A stretch of DNA of 64,000 nucleotides from Lophium mytilinum (taxonomy: Eukaryota): NCBI GenBank assembly GCA_010093605.1, contig MU004186.1, positions 848,616-912,615 of the forward strand, in the 5' to 3' direction. Made by a program: the position numbers and the translations under genes. The notes under the pieces were generated by a model, which worked only from the letters and a program-made list of their open reading frames with translations, had not been told where the DNA came from and ran no database searches. Within the stretch, counting starts at the first letter, position 1; each line of letters starts with the position of its first letter. Below are positions 1-11,668 of this stretch, one piece after another.

Positions 1-2099
1 TCTATACGCATTTAAACTATAGCCTAATACTATAGCCTTTTTAGCTCTTGGTTCTAATTTAGTTATTTGCGTTTTAACCTTATAATAAGCTGTAGAGCCA
101 AAGATTTTTATATTATCTATTTCAGCTTTTCTTTTATAATATAGCTTAAATGGCGTTTTATCTTTTAAGCTAGAGTGCGGCGTTCTATTATATATATATA
201 CGGCCGCATTTACAGCTTCTCCCCATAGATTAAAAGGTAAATTAGCTGTATATAATAGAGCCCTTACTATATTAAATATAGTTAAATTAATTCGTTCTAT
301 TAAGCCGTTTTGTTCCGGCGTATAGGGGCTTGAGAATTGATGGGTTATACCCGTTTTTAAAAGAGTTGTTTTAAACTTCTTATTTATATATTCTCCCCCA
401 TTATCAGTTTTAAAGATTTGTATCTTTCTTTTATCTCCTGTATTTTCAGCCTTAGCTTTATATTCTAAAAAGGCGTTATAAGCTTTATCTTTAGACTTTA
501 ATAGTTTATATTCTATATATCTTGAAGCTGTATCTATAAAGAAGATAACGTATTTATTACCCCCTAAAGTAGGTGGATTTATAGGCCCTGCTAGATCTAA
601 AGATACTTTTTGTAAAGGAATTTCAGATTTTACTGTTAATTCCTTACTTCTTTTATTTTTAGTCATCTTAGCTTTTATACAGGCTTCGCATTATATAGGT
701 TCTTTTATAGGTGGTATACCTAATAGTATACTAAGCTTTCTAGAGCTTATATGGCCCATTCTTTGGTGCCAAATAGATAGATTATTTCTATCTATGTATG
801 TATTTGTTAAATCGCTTTTATCTATCTCTTTATGTATTTAGTTCATTTTTTCATCTATTTGCTTTATAAAAAGCGTTGTATTTTCTAGATTTATATAGTA
901 TAAAGAGTTTTTAAGCGATGCTATTACTAGTATATTATTCTTTTTATATATAATAGCTGTTTTATTTTTAAATGTAACGTTTATTCCTGCAGAATCTAAT
1001 TTACTTATAGATATTAGATTATATCCAAAGTTAGGTATAAAAAGGCACTTTTCTAGTATAAATATATTCCCATTTAGTTTTAATTGTACATTTCCTACAC
1101 CCTTTGCGGTTGTAGTTTTATTTTCTCCCCAATTTAATATAGTAGCTTGTTCTTTATAGCTAGTAAATAGCTTTCTATCTACTATTATATGGCTTGTGCT
1201 CCCGGAGTCTAATATATAATTAGCTTCGTTATTAGGGGTATAATGGGATGCTAGAAATACCTTTACTTTAGCTGCATCTAGTTCTATATCGAAATCGTCC
1301 CATCTAGGGTTAGATTCCTCTATAATTAAGGATTCTTCCTTATTTTCTTTTGGTGGTTCAAAATATTCTTTTGTTCTAAACCATTTTGGTGCCTTTTCAG
1401 GAAATAGATAGAAACAATCTTTTGTAAGGTGCGTAGCTGTTTTACACTTCTTACAATATCTTGTTTTTTCTACTCTATTCTTATTTTTAGGCAAGAACTT
1501 TTTAGTTCTATTAAATAGAGCCGTTTCGTGCTCTTTAGACTCTTATCTTCTTACTTCGTCCATTAAATTAGAGAATAAATCATCTAATTTAATATTAGAT
1601 GAATTTTCCCTATAGGATTGCGTAACCATTATTACAAAGCCATCGTAGGGGTCCGTTAGGTTATTTAAAACCCAGGCTACAATAACTTAATTTAGTAATT
1701 CAAGCTTTTTCGCTTTTAATTGATCTATTAACTATTTTATCTTATTTAAGTAATCTTCCATAGTTAAAAACTTAGATAAAACAGTATTAAACAGCTCCTT
1801 ACAAATAAGGAATTTAGAACTAAAGCCCTTTGGGCTATATAGCTTCTTTAGTAGCTTCCAAGCTTCTATTGCAGTAGCAGAATACTGTAATTGTAATAGA
1901 GGACCATCCTCTATAGTAAGCCTAATAGTGGCTAATGCTTTTGCATCGTTTTCCTTATTAATAGGAATAGGAGTAGTGCTGCTAATAGCATCACTACAAC
2001 TTTTTTCTACTAAGAGAGATTGTACTCTTAGAGCCCAAACTTCGTAGTTAGATTGACCAACTAGCTTGGTAATACTGATTTTATCCATTTTAGATTGAA

Positions 2100-2250
2100 T
2101 AGATAGATAGATAGCCCGTTAGGCAAATAGATAGATAGCCCGTCAGGCAAATAGATAGATAGCCCGTTAGGCAAATAGATAGAAAGCCCTTTAGGCAAAT
2201 AGATAGATAGCCCGTTAGGCAAATAGATAGATAGCCCGTTAGGCAAATAG
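2100..2250. repeat. Tandem repeat, about 6 copies of 24 bp (ATAGATAGATAGCCCGTTAGGCAA), in the retrotransposon 5' leader
   Basis: Units are directly visible. They produce the spurious LSIYLPNG-repeat ORF at 2061-2246. Confidence 0.95.
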
Positions 2251-2259
2251 ATAGATAGA

Positions 2260-2535
2260 TAAATAGATAAATAGATGGATTTCTATATATCTATAGATTT
2301 GTTAAATAGATAGATTTCTATCTGTCTATGTATTTGGCGAATGGATAGATAGATGGATTCTATGTATCTATGTATTTAATGAATAGATAAATAGATAAAT
2401 AGATAAATAGATGGATTTCTATATATCTATAGATTTGTTGAATAGATAGATTTCTATCTATCTATGTATTTAGTAAATAGATAGATAGATGGATTCTATG
2501 TATCTATATATTTGATAAATAGATAGATAGATAGA
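2260..2535. repeat. Direct duplication with a ~136 bp period, GATA-rich
   Basis: ATAGATGGATTTCTATATATCTATAGATTTG... starts at 2271 and again at 2407. The copies differ mostly by G/A and C/T transitions. Confidence 0.9.
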
Positions 2536-3859
2536 AAGAGAAATATTTCAATTTTTAATCAATTTCTTTATCTTGTGTTGGATAAGATAATAGGATAAAA
2601 GGTTACAATCTAATCTGGAGTATCTAGATTTAATACATAATAGATAATAGATGTTAGAAGGTTGATTGCGTGGTTTGTAACGTGATATAAGCTTATAGAA
2701 GCTTCGTGTTAATAGATATAATAAATAGGTAATATTTCTTCAGTCTGATTTTGTTCGTGATAGATTTGCAATTCCAGATCGCGTTCCAGCTGTTGTATAG
2801 CGGGTTTATAGTCGATAACTTCGTCTCCTTTAATTTCGGCTTCGTTTTCGGCTTCGTTTTGTGCTTGAAACCACTCGTAGGGTGGTGTAGTAGGTTCGTA
2901 CGCTGGAGATGGTGATCGAGATGGTAAACGGCGTCGTTTTCGTCCGATATTTGGTCGATTTAAATAATTCTGGTTGATATTTCGTTAATTTGGATGATTT
3001 TAATCAATATCTAGTTAATTTTAAGATGGAACCTGCCCGTTAGTGCTTTATATAGCTGTAGATTGCGTGGTGCAATCCAAGCTTATAACCTATCAAAGGT
3101 ATAGAGTCAATGGGAGAATAGATAGATAGATAGATAGATAGGAATTATATTACTTGAGTTCTATTCTACATCAACAGCAACAAAGTATATATACAGCATT
3201 TAATGCATTATAAAACGTTTCTCTAACGTTCTTGTAACGTTATCTAACGTTTGTTGTATCACGTTTAAACGCTCACGGTTTCATCCCGTTTGAAGGCTTT
3301 TAAGCCTATTATGCGTAAGGATATAACGCTTATGCTATTATAATCCTTACAATATCTGTAATATAATGCAGGTTTAACTAGCTTAGGGGCGGGTAGCCTA
3401 TAATTTAAGTTGCTATAGTTGGAATTATAAGCTGGCTATTTATACTTAAAATAGCGTGCTAAAAGAGGCGTTTTACCGTTTCAATAGTATATAGTAATTA
3501 TATTACTATATAAAACATATAATATCTATTAGTAATATATACTTAGCTTTCTATTATAAGAGTAGTATATATATATACTAAGTTAACTAAGCTACAGTCT
3601 ATTAGCTAGATTATTAGTACTAATAGTAGCCCTTAGTCTCTATAGATGCATAGTAGGCTATTTTATAATTTATAGATTTCTTATAGTTTAATAGGATATA
3701 TATAATATGTTATCCTGTTCTAACCTTGCTACTATACACATTCTTCCTGTTTACACAGGAAGTCTGCCTAGAATACAGAGAACCTGCCTTCCAGGAGAAG
3801 CTTTACAGCGACCTAACTTTGAACTAAACAAGTCCTTATCTTCATTAGGCTATTCCCAT

Positions 3860-4694
3860 CTATGGAAACTGGTCTTCTACCTGCTTGAATCTTGGCCACC
3901 CACTGGTGTCCTTACCTAGATATTTGGCCACAAGTTCGATAACACCCTGGATGTCCTCTGCGTCTTTGGCGTTGACCCCAATGTATCGGGTGCCTCTCAA
4001 GTGGACCAAAGTTGTATAATATGCCCCTTGTCCCATCGTGAGTGATAGAGTAACCAACTCATTCTCCACAGGAGACAGCACGTTCAGATCCCCCAAGAAA
4101 AGCCCGTAAATAACGTAGTCCACAGTCCAAGCTACCTCATTTAGCTAACTCTCTCTATGATCGAGTCTTGGCTTGGGATAATCACTCACTGAAATCTTCC
4201 TCATTAGCATACGTGCCCTCAATTCTCGCGATTTCTTCTGGCTTGAACACCTTTCCCCACCATTCATTTCGACGCTGTATAGCACGTTCAGGTGCAGCGG
4301 CATACTCCTTCCGGTCCCACTCTCGCGCCGAATCTTCCTCGGGTTCCACGCGTTTGAGAGCGAAAAAGGCGTCACTACATCTCGGCATGCCGGCTAGACA
4401 CCAAGACTTCAGGATTACCGCACGTAGCCGTCGGGATACATTCCGACGTGCTTCCTGGGTACTATCGCTTCCAAGCTCTTTGATAATGAACTTATATAGT
4501 TCGGCAACGTGCTTTCCGCCATCTGCGGTGATAAGGGTCGCTGTCTATCCACGGATCGTGTTAGTGGGGGATTGAGCCCATACGGTACCTGAACCTACAA
4601 CTATAATGTACCAGGAATCATCCGAAAGAGATTTCGGGGTTTGGTCTCGGGCTGCTTGGAATACGGCCTCTAATGACGATGCTTCGTTGGACAT
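3860..4694 (-). CDS. Carboxymuconolactone decarboxylase (CMD)/AhpD-like fold protein, Pxp2-like, spliced
   Basis: Exons join to give MSNEASSLEAVF...SWYIIV / ...RRLRAVILKSWCLAGMPRCSDAF... / ...YGLFLGDLNVLSPVENELVTL...HLRGTRYIG...WP, a pattern typical of fungal AhpD-like proteins. Confidence 0.65.
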
Positions 4695-5124
4695 GATTGG
4701 AAGTGTGCGGAAATCAGATGTGTTTAGTCTGCGCCGAACGTATTTTTTATGCAACGATCCAAGTAGGGAGTTGAGCAATTGCTGTTGTTTTGCAGGAAAC
4801 GTATGTTAGTTAGTGCACAAGACTGGCGGCCATCGACATGAGACCCATTATTTGATATACCAGAGGATGGCATCGGGAAGTCTGTCAGTCGGGCCATACA
4901 ATTTCCACGATCCGAAGATGGTGACCTGGGACGGCTCGGTTGCGGTGGACGGAGCGGAGTTGTGAGAGCCGGCACAAAAGGTGGTTCCTAAGATTTGATT
5001 GGTCCCCGCATTTGATGCATTTGCCTTTCTATTGCCTGCACAAAGTGAACGCTCTTCAAATACTAAATATTTCCAATCTTTCTCCAATTCGTGTCGCGAG
5101 TACTCTGTGTTGCAGAGTCACATC

Positions 5125-6809
5125 ATGAGCGTGCCTAAACGTTGGATTGGTCTCGCACTAAGCATTGTAGCCTCTATAGCCATGTACTATCATCCGGTGT
5201 CTTGGTTCTCGGTGCCAAAGCGAGTTATTGTTTTAGGGTCAGTGCTTCTTTTATGAAATATGTCAGTGGCCTCTGACATAAGATAAATGTAGTGGAGGTG
5301 TCGTGGGACTGCAAACAGCAGTCGATCTACTCGAAGCTGGCTATGCAGTCAATTTGATATCGAAAGATCTCCCGGGTGACATAGATCTCAATTACCCCTC
5401 GCAGCAGTAAGTCTTCTTGTACAAATAGGTGGCTCCATGCTTAGTTCACCAGAGCTGCCGCTACGTGGGCTTCGGATGAGCCTGTGGTGGATGTTGAAAC
5501 GAAACGCTGGTATGAGGAAGGATACAAACAGTGGGAGGTGATGTCTCAAGGCGATGAGTTCCATTCCGCAGGCGTTGCTGTAAGTTAGTATCCGTGCGTT
5601 GACGGGATTATATATGTTGATTCTCATAGAAACGACCCTGTTTTCGATATTGGTGAGTTTTCCTATCATTTACAGTTACTTTACAGAAGGTGACTCTCAC
5701 GTGTCTAAGGGAGAATCCTCCAGAGAACCTCGTCAAGGGTGGTTCGTCGGCGCTTTGGCACTCGGAAGGAGTGTCTTCTTTTAGAATCCTAAAGTCGGAA
5801 GAGCTGCCATCAGGGGTTGGCTTCGGTACAACCTTCACAACCTTTTGTGTCAACGCACCAGCGTATCTTGACTATCTTCAGTCACGGATTCTTGCTTTAG
5901 GCGGAACTATCAAGCGTGCAACTCTCCCTGTTGACAAGGGTCTGGAAGAGGGACTGAAAGCAGCGAGACTACTCATCGCAGACGAATTGGCTGGTTCAAA
6001 GGACCAGCCCGTGTATGCATATGTGAATGCAATGGGGATGAACGCGATGAGGCTAGCGGATGATAAAACTTTATTCCCTATCAGAAGTCAGTCAATACAT
6101 ATCAAAGGCGAAGCGCACAAGATTGCGGACCGCATAGACGCGAACGGCATCTACTACGCTATTCCAAGGGTTGGCGAAGGTGTTACAGTTCTAGGAGGCT
6201 TTATGGAGGTTGGCAATTGGTAAGGGTTCTTCAGGTCGCAATCCGACGCACTCCGCTGATCTTGGGATTCAAGGAACGCGACCATAAATCCTGAGCTCAA
6301 CCGAAAAATTCTCAAAGGTTGCAAACAGCTAATACCAGAATGTCTGGATGACAATGGCGAGTTCACGATTCTGAAAGAGTATGTCGGTCTGAGGCCGCAT
6401 AGGAAAGTAGGGCCAAGAGTAGAGATAGAGCAACTTAAAGACAAAGCGGAATTTGGGGAGAGCATCGTCGTGCACAATTACGGACATGGTCCGGGTGGGT
6501 AAGTTAATACACAAATCGCTGCTTTGATTCCTCATGGAATCCGTATTCAAGGAGCTGAACTACGTGCGCATAGGTTTTTCAAGTCCGTGGGCGCCTCGAG
6601 AAAGGTTGTACGACTCCTGAATGGCTTTGCATCAGGTGAGCTACCACTTCAGAATCGTGCATATGCGGGAAATAGTAACGAAGAGTTTTCTATTTGTAGG
6701 GATCTTACCTGCTGCAGACACTGAGACGCCGAGCTCGTCCTCGAAGGAGCAAGAGGTATTCGAAGGCTTTTACCGTCAGGGTGATCACTCAAAGGAAGAA
6801 GATGTATGA
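5125..6809 (+). CDS. FAD-dependent D-amino-acid oxidase family protein, multi-exon
   Basis: Rossmann motif VIVLG/GGVVGL across intron 1, TFCVNAPAYLDYL, LFPIRSQ, EYVGLRPHR and VVHNYGHGPGG. The last exon (6700-6809) assumes an intron at 6636-6699; otherwise the frame stops at 6724. Confidence 0.85.
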
Positions 6810-7340
6810 TAGGGGCTCATGTTACTTGCTCTTGGTGAGATGCAGCAAGAGACTGCGTGTCACATGTAAGAATATAGTAGGAAGTCTGCAAGATACGAGA
6901 ACTTATCCAAGTAGTCTCTCATTCCGACTTTTTGGAACGCAGAACGCTTGTTGACTGTGCGTTGATAGCAGTCATCTCAGACATGTGATGGGGGCGTCTG
7001 CATAACGATAATCCTTGATTGTGATACTTCTCTTGAGATAGCGCATCGGGAGTACTCGTTCTCGCCGCAACCTATACTCCCCATAAAGCTCAAACAGGTC
7101 CGAGGTTCCTGGCTAGCAAACCAAAGTACTGGACACATAACCGTTCTATCTGCGACGCACGCTGTGCGGTCTCGTTGTCATTTGCAACAGCCTCCACTGT
7201 GCGCTGTACGATGAACTCAACTACTGTCCTGATTTAGTGCGCGATATGCCAGGGCCAAATTCTTGGCCCTCGTTGCCGCCCTCGGTGCGGATCCATATCT
7301 ATCGCTGGCTTTCGTGTCTCATGTTATCGTCTTGAATGGA

Positions 7341-8233
7341 TCAGGTCGTAAAGAGGGTGTCTTCTTCCCTAAGATACTCGCCAATGTCCCCCTGCCGGAA
7401 TGTCGTGACACCCGTTGGGTCTAGCCGCCTCGCCTCTGCTGTTGACCGCGCACTCACTCCGAATCCCTGGGCGTATGAGTTAGCCGCCGTCCCATTTATC
7501 CTTTGATGGGGCCCAAAGACAGAGCTAGCTTGGGTACTCACTAGAGGGGTGTCGTTCATGCTCAGCACTACCACACCTGTAGACGATAAGCCTTGACCTA
7601 CAAGCACGTATCTTCTAGGCTCATACCTTGATGCTCGGGACAGTCCTCGCTCCACCTTCCAACGTGCGCCTTCACTACATTCCCGCCGTACAAGAACGGC
7701 ATCTCTCCGTTTGGCTTCACCCAGACCTTGTAGCGTGCATGGGGAGCAACAATATCGAGGGCAGTGATGTGCATGCGAAACTTTCCTGTGTGTGAATCAG
7801 CACGGGTGGCCTGCTGCGCTACAAATACCAGGAGGTCATACCAGTCTTGGTAAATTTGCCAACACACGTCCCTAGTGAGAGTAGCTGGGCTCGCGACACG
7901 CTGGTGGCTAGATTCGCTATCGATTCTCTGTCGACACAGTCAGTGCTCAGCGCGCACTTGATTGATCTGTTCGCCGTACCGGACAAAGTATACGCGGTTG
8001 TTCTGAACGCGGAACACATTTCTATCCGAAGAATTCGAGGACGGGTCGGCAATGATGCTCTTGAGAGATGCGCCAGTACTGGACGTTGTGAGTTGCTGCT
8101 CTTTGCGATCTGGTTTTTGGGATTTTACTAATTTGCTAACTTCTCGAAGAGCGTCTTCGTCCTTTACATGGTCAGCTGAGATCCAGAATGCGCATTCGAC
8201 CTAGACATACTCGGTTTCTGTAAGAGGCCGCAT
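7341..8233 (-). CDS. NIP7: 60S ribosome biogenesis protein Nip7, multi-exon
   Basis: Starts MRPLTE; contains [35 protein letters not shown] and [19 protein letters not shown]...[11 protein letters not shown]. Confidence 0.93.
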
Positions 8234-8397
8234 TTTAGATGTTGCAGATGGTAGTGGAGGTCTTGGAGCTGCAGACGAAAAAAAGTTGCGGAGGTCTTGA
8301 GCCCGCAGATCGCGGAAGTGGGGCCACTATTTTCCCCCGGACCCTCTTTAATTTTTCTTCCAGCGTCACTCTCAAACTGCAACACAGCTCGACATTC
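8234..8397. promoter_or_regulatory. Short (164 bp) bidirectional promoter between NIP7 and NOC3
   Basis: Divergent ATGs at 8233 (-) and 8398 (+). RRPE-like A/T tracts (GAAAAAAAGTT, TAATTTTTC) lie between them. Confidence 0.6.
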
Positions 8398-10443
8398 ATG
8401 TCTCGAATACCTGCAGCGAAAAGGCGGCGCCTGTCGCCCCAAGGAAAGGGAGCATCCACCAGCCCGCCTCCGAAATCAGCCAAAGCAAATGGGACTACGC
8501 AGAACGACTATCTTGTCACCGCTTCTAAATGGAACTTGGAGCAAGAATATGAGCAACGGCCACGCAAAGTGAAGAGCAACGACAAGGAGAACTCCAGACT
8601 ACCAATTAGGACATCAGAAGGCTGGGTGGAGCCTGAAGCAGTACCAGAGCCAGAGGCTGCGGCCGAGGAATCGGATAGTTTCTTGGGTTCCGGAGATGAA
8701 GAAGATGGCAGTGAAGAGCAGGAAGCAGTGCCAGAAAAGCCCAAGGTTCCTCTGAAGCAACAGATACTGCAGGCAAAAGAAGAGTTGGCAAGGTTGGCTG
8801 GTCTCATCAATGAGGACCCGGAAGAACATGCGGGCTCACTGCGGGCGTTGGCGCAAATTGCTGCGTCGGAGAATGTTACAATCCGCAAACTGGCATTGGC
8901 GACTCAATTGGCTATCTACAAAGACATCGTTCCCGGATATCGAATACGACCCGCCACAGAGGAAGAGATGAAGACGAAGCTATCGAAAGAAGTTAAGAAG
9001 CTGCGCACTTTTGAGCAGTCATTGGTCTCTACGTATCAGAATTACGTGCGGGAGCTGGCAAAGCTAGCAAAGGGTAGTAATGGCGCCTCATCCGACGAAG
9101 TTGCCGGGCTAGCAACAGTCGCTATCAGCTGCGCTTGCAATCTTCTAATTGCAGTTCCGCACTTCAATTTCCGAGGAGACCTTCTGAAGATCCTTGTCGA
9201 CAAGTTGAGCGGCAAACGAGTCGATGGTGATTTCTCAAGATGCCGCGAAACTCTAGAAACTATGTTCCGAAACGACGATGACGGGAACGCGTCCCTTGGC
9301 GCCGTCACGATGCTGACGAGGATGATGAAAGCCCGCCATTACTACGTAGATGAAAGTGTTCTAAATACGTTCCTCCACTTACGCCTACTCTCTGAATTCT
9401 CACAAAAAGCTTCGCAAAATTCCGTTGACAGACCGTCGGAAGACGCTATGGCTGGGAAAAAGCAGAAACAAAAACGCGAATTTCGGACGAAGAAGACGCG
9501 AAAGCTGTTGAAAGAGCGGAAGGCCATTGAAAAGGAGTTCAAGGAAGCAGACGCGACAGTGAGCCACGAGGAACGCGATCGTATGCAAGCAGAGACCCTC
9601 AAGATGGTGTTTGTTGCTTACTTTCGCATTCTGAAGGCGAGGTCTCCGAAACTGATGGGCGCAGTCCTGGAGGGATTGGCAAGATATGCTCATCTTATAA
9701 ACCAAGACTTCTTCGGGGATATTCTGGAGGCCCTCAAGGATCTCATCCACTATGCAGAATCTGTTGCGAACGACGACGATGACGAAGAAGACGCCGAAGA
9801 CATCCAGGAAGACACTCCTCGTAATGCTAGCCGCGAGTCGCTGCTCTGCGTTATCACCGCATTTGCTCTCCTTCAAGGACAAGACGGTAGCACGGCTGCG
9901 ACGACACTTAAGCTCGATCTGAACTTTTTCATTACGCATCTTTATCGGATTCTACATCCCGTCTCTCTGAACGCCGACATTGAATTTAGCGCCAAGTCTC
10001 TTCATCTTCCTGATCCGCATGCTCCTGACGCTGCGTCGAACCCTAACAAGGTCAACATCCAAACCACTACCGTGCTACTACTGCGTTCGCTTTCCTCAGT
10101 CTTGCTTCCTCAAGCCGCTGTGAGATCGGTGTCTCCGATACGCGTGGCAGCATTTTGCAAGCAGCTTATGACTGTATCCTTGCAACTACCGGAGAAGTCA
10201 TGTCTGGCGATGCTAGGTCTTATGAACAAAGTGACAAAGGTCCATGGACGGAAGATTGGTGCTTTGTGGAACTCGGAGGAGAGGAGGGGCGATGGCGTCT
10301 TCGATGCTATGAGAGAGGAAATTGAGGGAAGCAACCCTTTCGCCAGTACTGTCTGGGAGGGAGAGATACTGAGGAGGCATTTCTGCCCTGCTGTCAGGGA
10401 GGCCGTCGTTGGCATCGAGAAGAACATCGCTGAGGCGCAATAG
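8398..10443 (+). CDS. NOC3: Nucleolar complex-associated protein 3 (CBF/Mak21 domain), intronless
   Basis: Long ORF with EQEYEQRPR, RLPIRT, YKDIVPGYRIRP, AVPHFNFR, LEGLARYAHLINQDFFGD and SNPFASTVWE. The likely start is MSRIPAAKRRRL. Confidence 0.93.
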   Translation: MSRIPAAKRRRLSPQGKGASTSPPPKSAKANGTTQNDYLVTASKWNLEQEYEQRPRKVKSNDKENSRLPIRTSEGWVEPEAVPEPEAAAEESDSFLGSGDEEDGSEEQEAVPEKPKVPLKQQILQAKEELARLAGLINEDPEEHAGSLRALAQIAASENVTIRKLALATQLAIYKDIVPGYRIRPATEEEMKTKLSKEVKKLRTFEQSLVSTYQNYVRELAKLAKGSNGASSDEVAGLATVAISCACNLLIAVPHFNFRGDLLKILVDKLSGKRVDGDFSRCRETLETMFRNDDDGNASLGAVTMLTRMMKARHYYVDESVLNTFLHLRLLSEFSQKASQNSVDRPSEDAMAGKKQKQKREFRTKKTRKLLKERKAIEKEFKEADATVSHEERDRMQAETLKMVFVAYFRILKARSPKLMGAVLEGLARYAHLINQDFFGDILEALKDLIHYAESVANDDDDEEDAEDIQEDTPRNASRESLLCVITAFALLQGQDGSTAATTLKLDLNFFITHLYRILHPVSLNADIEFSAKSLHLPDPHAPDAASNPNKVNIQTTTVLLLRSLSSVLLPQAAVRSVSPIRVAAFCKQLMTVSLQLPEKSCLAMLGLMNKVTKVHGRKIGALWNSEERRGDGVFDAMREEIEGSNPFASTVWEGEILRRHFCPAVREAVVGIEKNIAEAQ

Positions 10444-10732
10444 ACAACTAGCCAGAGCTGTACTATATTGCTGCTGTGGGATTGTACCATCTGAAAATAT
10501 AACTTCTGTGACCTCGCTGCACCAGTTCACTTCGTAATAGTAGTCCGTTGGATCACGCTGATTGGCCGTCTTGGTGCCGAATATTCGCCGATATACGTGC
10601 GCGTCAACCTCACATTTCAAGCTGCCTCCATCTCCTCGCAACCACTTCATCGAACCCACAATCCTCTCCATAGCTCCAAGTTCTGTTGCCCAAACAACCC
10701 GAAGGTGCCTGGATCTGCCAATAGCTCTCAAG

Positions 10733-11668
10733 ATGCCGCAGACCGCAGGTAGGTTTCGCCAATCACATTACCCTCACGAAGCAGACCCAGACAGCAGCTG
10801 ACGTCCCCAGCGCGTACAACGCCCTCGCATACGGACCTCCCACCTTCTGTGGAGAAAGCCTACTATCGGAAGTGCATCGACCTTCGCAGGCGCATCAATG
10901 ATATTGAAGAGAACAACGGCGGCACTCAGCTACGGCTCAAGCGACTCAACCGGGCGATCACCAAGATGCGCCTAGAGCGAGCCTTCCTGCTGGAGCAGCT
11001 TGCCCAGCGAATGGAGTACAATGTGGACGAGTCGGATCGCAGCAGCAGCCCCCCGCCTACGGTATGCCTATGCGCGAGCGAGGTTCGCAGCATGAAGTGA
11101 TGGCTGACCAGAAACTCTCTAGCCACAAGACAAGCCCCTTCGCAGCAAGCGGTCGCATCGCAAGAACACGCCTACGCTGGGGCCTCACCCAAGTGGTAGT
11201 TTGGCTCCTCAGCATCCTTCCCCGCCATCGACTCAACACCAGCATCACCAAACAATCCTCAACCCAATGCGTACGTTGTCGTCCGCTCACTCTACCCCCG
11301 ATCCTAGCCGTTCTGGTCCAATTTTCTTCAACAATGTGCCTGGAAGCGCGGCGTCGCCACCCGTCAATGGCACCGGCGCTACGCCGCTGCCTCCCATCCA
11401 TTCCCATCTCCCGCCTCTGCACCCCCATCAGCCTCAGGTCCACCCGGGTCAGCCTGGCGCATTCTTTGATGCGCCTTACGACGATAGGCGCCCACACAAC
11501 AACGAAGCAGAGTATTCTGAGCGAAGGCGAGCGTATTCTGGCGGCCAAGGTCCACCGATTGAGGGCGCCGAGGGCATCAATGGGGACAGGAGAGGACAGG
11601 ATACTGAAATGGGAGATGCGCCGGCTGGAGCAGGATTTGGCGGTGGATTCACTGCGGTGAATAGGTAG
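10733..11668 (+). CDS. Coiled-coil protein resembling fungal INO80 complex accessory subunits, spliced
   Basis: LPPSVEKAYYRKCIDLRRRINDIEENN...KMRLERAFLLEQL, then a Pro/His-rich tail ending GGGFTAVNR. Two GT-AG introns. Confidence 0.55.

Larger units (their letters stand above)
1..3350 (-). mobile_element. RIP-degraded Ty1/copia LTR retrotransposon, 5' part (LTR, PBS, gag, protease, integrase); continues beyond the window start
   Basis: Minus-strand translation gives copia gag (MDKISITKLVGQSNYEVWALRV, 2088), a CX2CX4HX4C knuckle (CKKCKTATHLTKDC), protease (ILDSGSTSH), GAG-pre-integrase (WHQRMGH...CEAC) and integrase core (KTDNGGEY...SPYTPEQNGLIER), in copia order PR-IN. PBS-like GGTTATAAGC (a RIP form of GGTTATGAGC) lies at 3090-3081 next to the LTR edge at 3091. 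The region is very AT-rich with in-frame TAA stops. The outer LTR end is uncertain. Confidence 0.92.

Noticed and set aside
2061..2246. ORF with LSIYLPNG repeats as a repeat peptide or RiPP precursor, or the array as a CRISPR
   Set aside because: It is only the translation of a 24-bp tandem repeat in a retrotransposon leader, with no ATG, signal peptide, Kex2 sites or unique spacers.
8239..8397. N-terminal extension of NOC3 shown in the ORF track
   Set aside because: It starts at a non-ATG codon and spans the shared promoter. ATG 8398 is the more plausible start.
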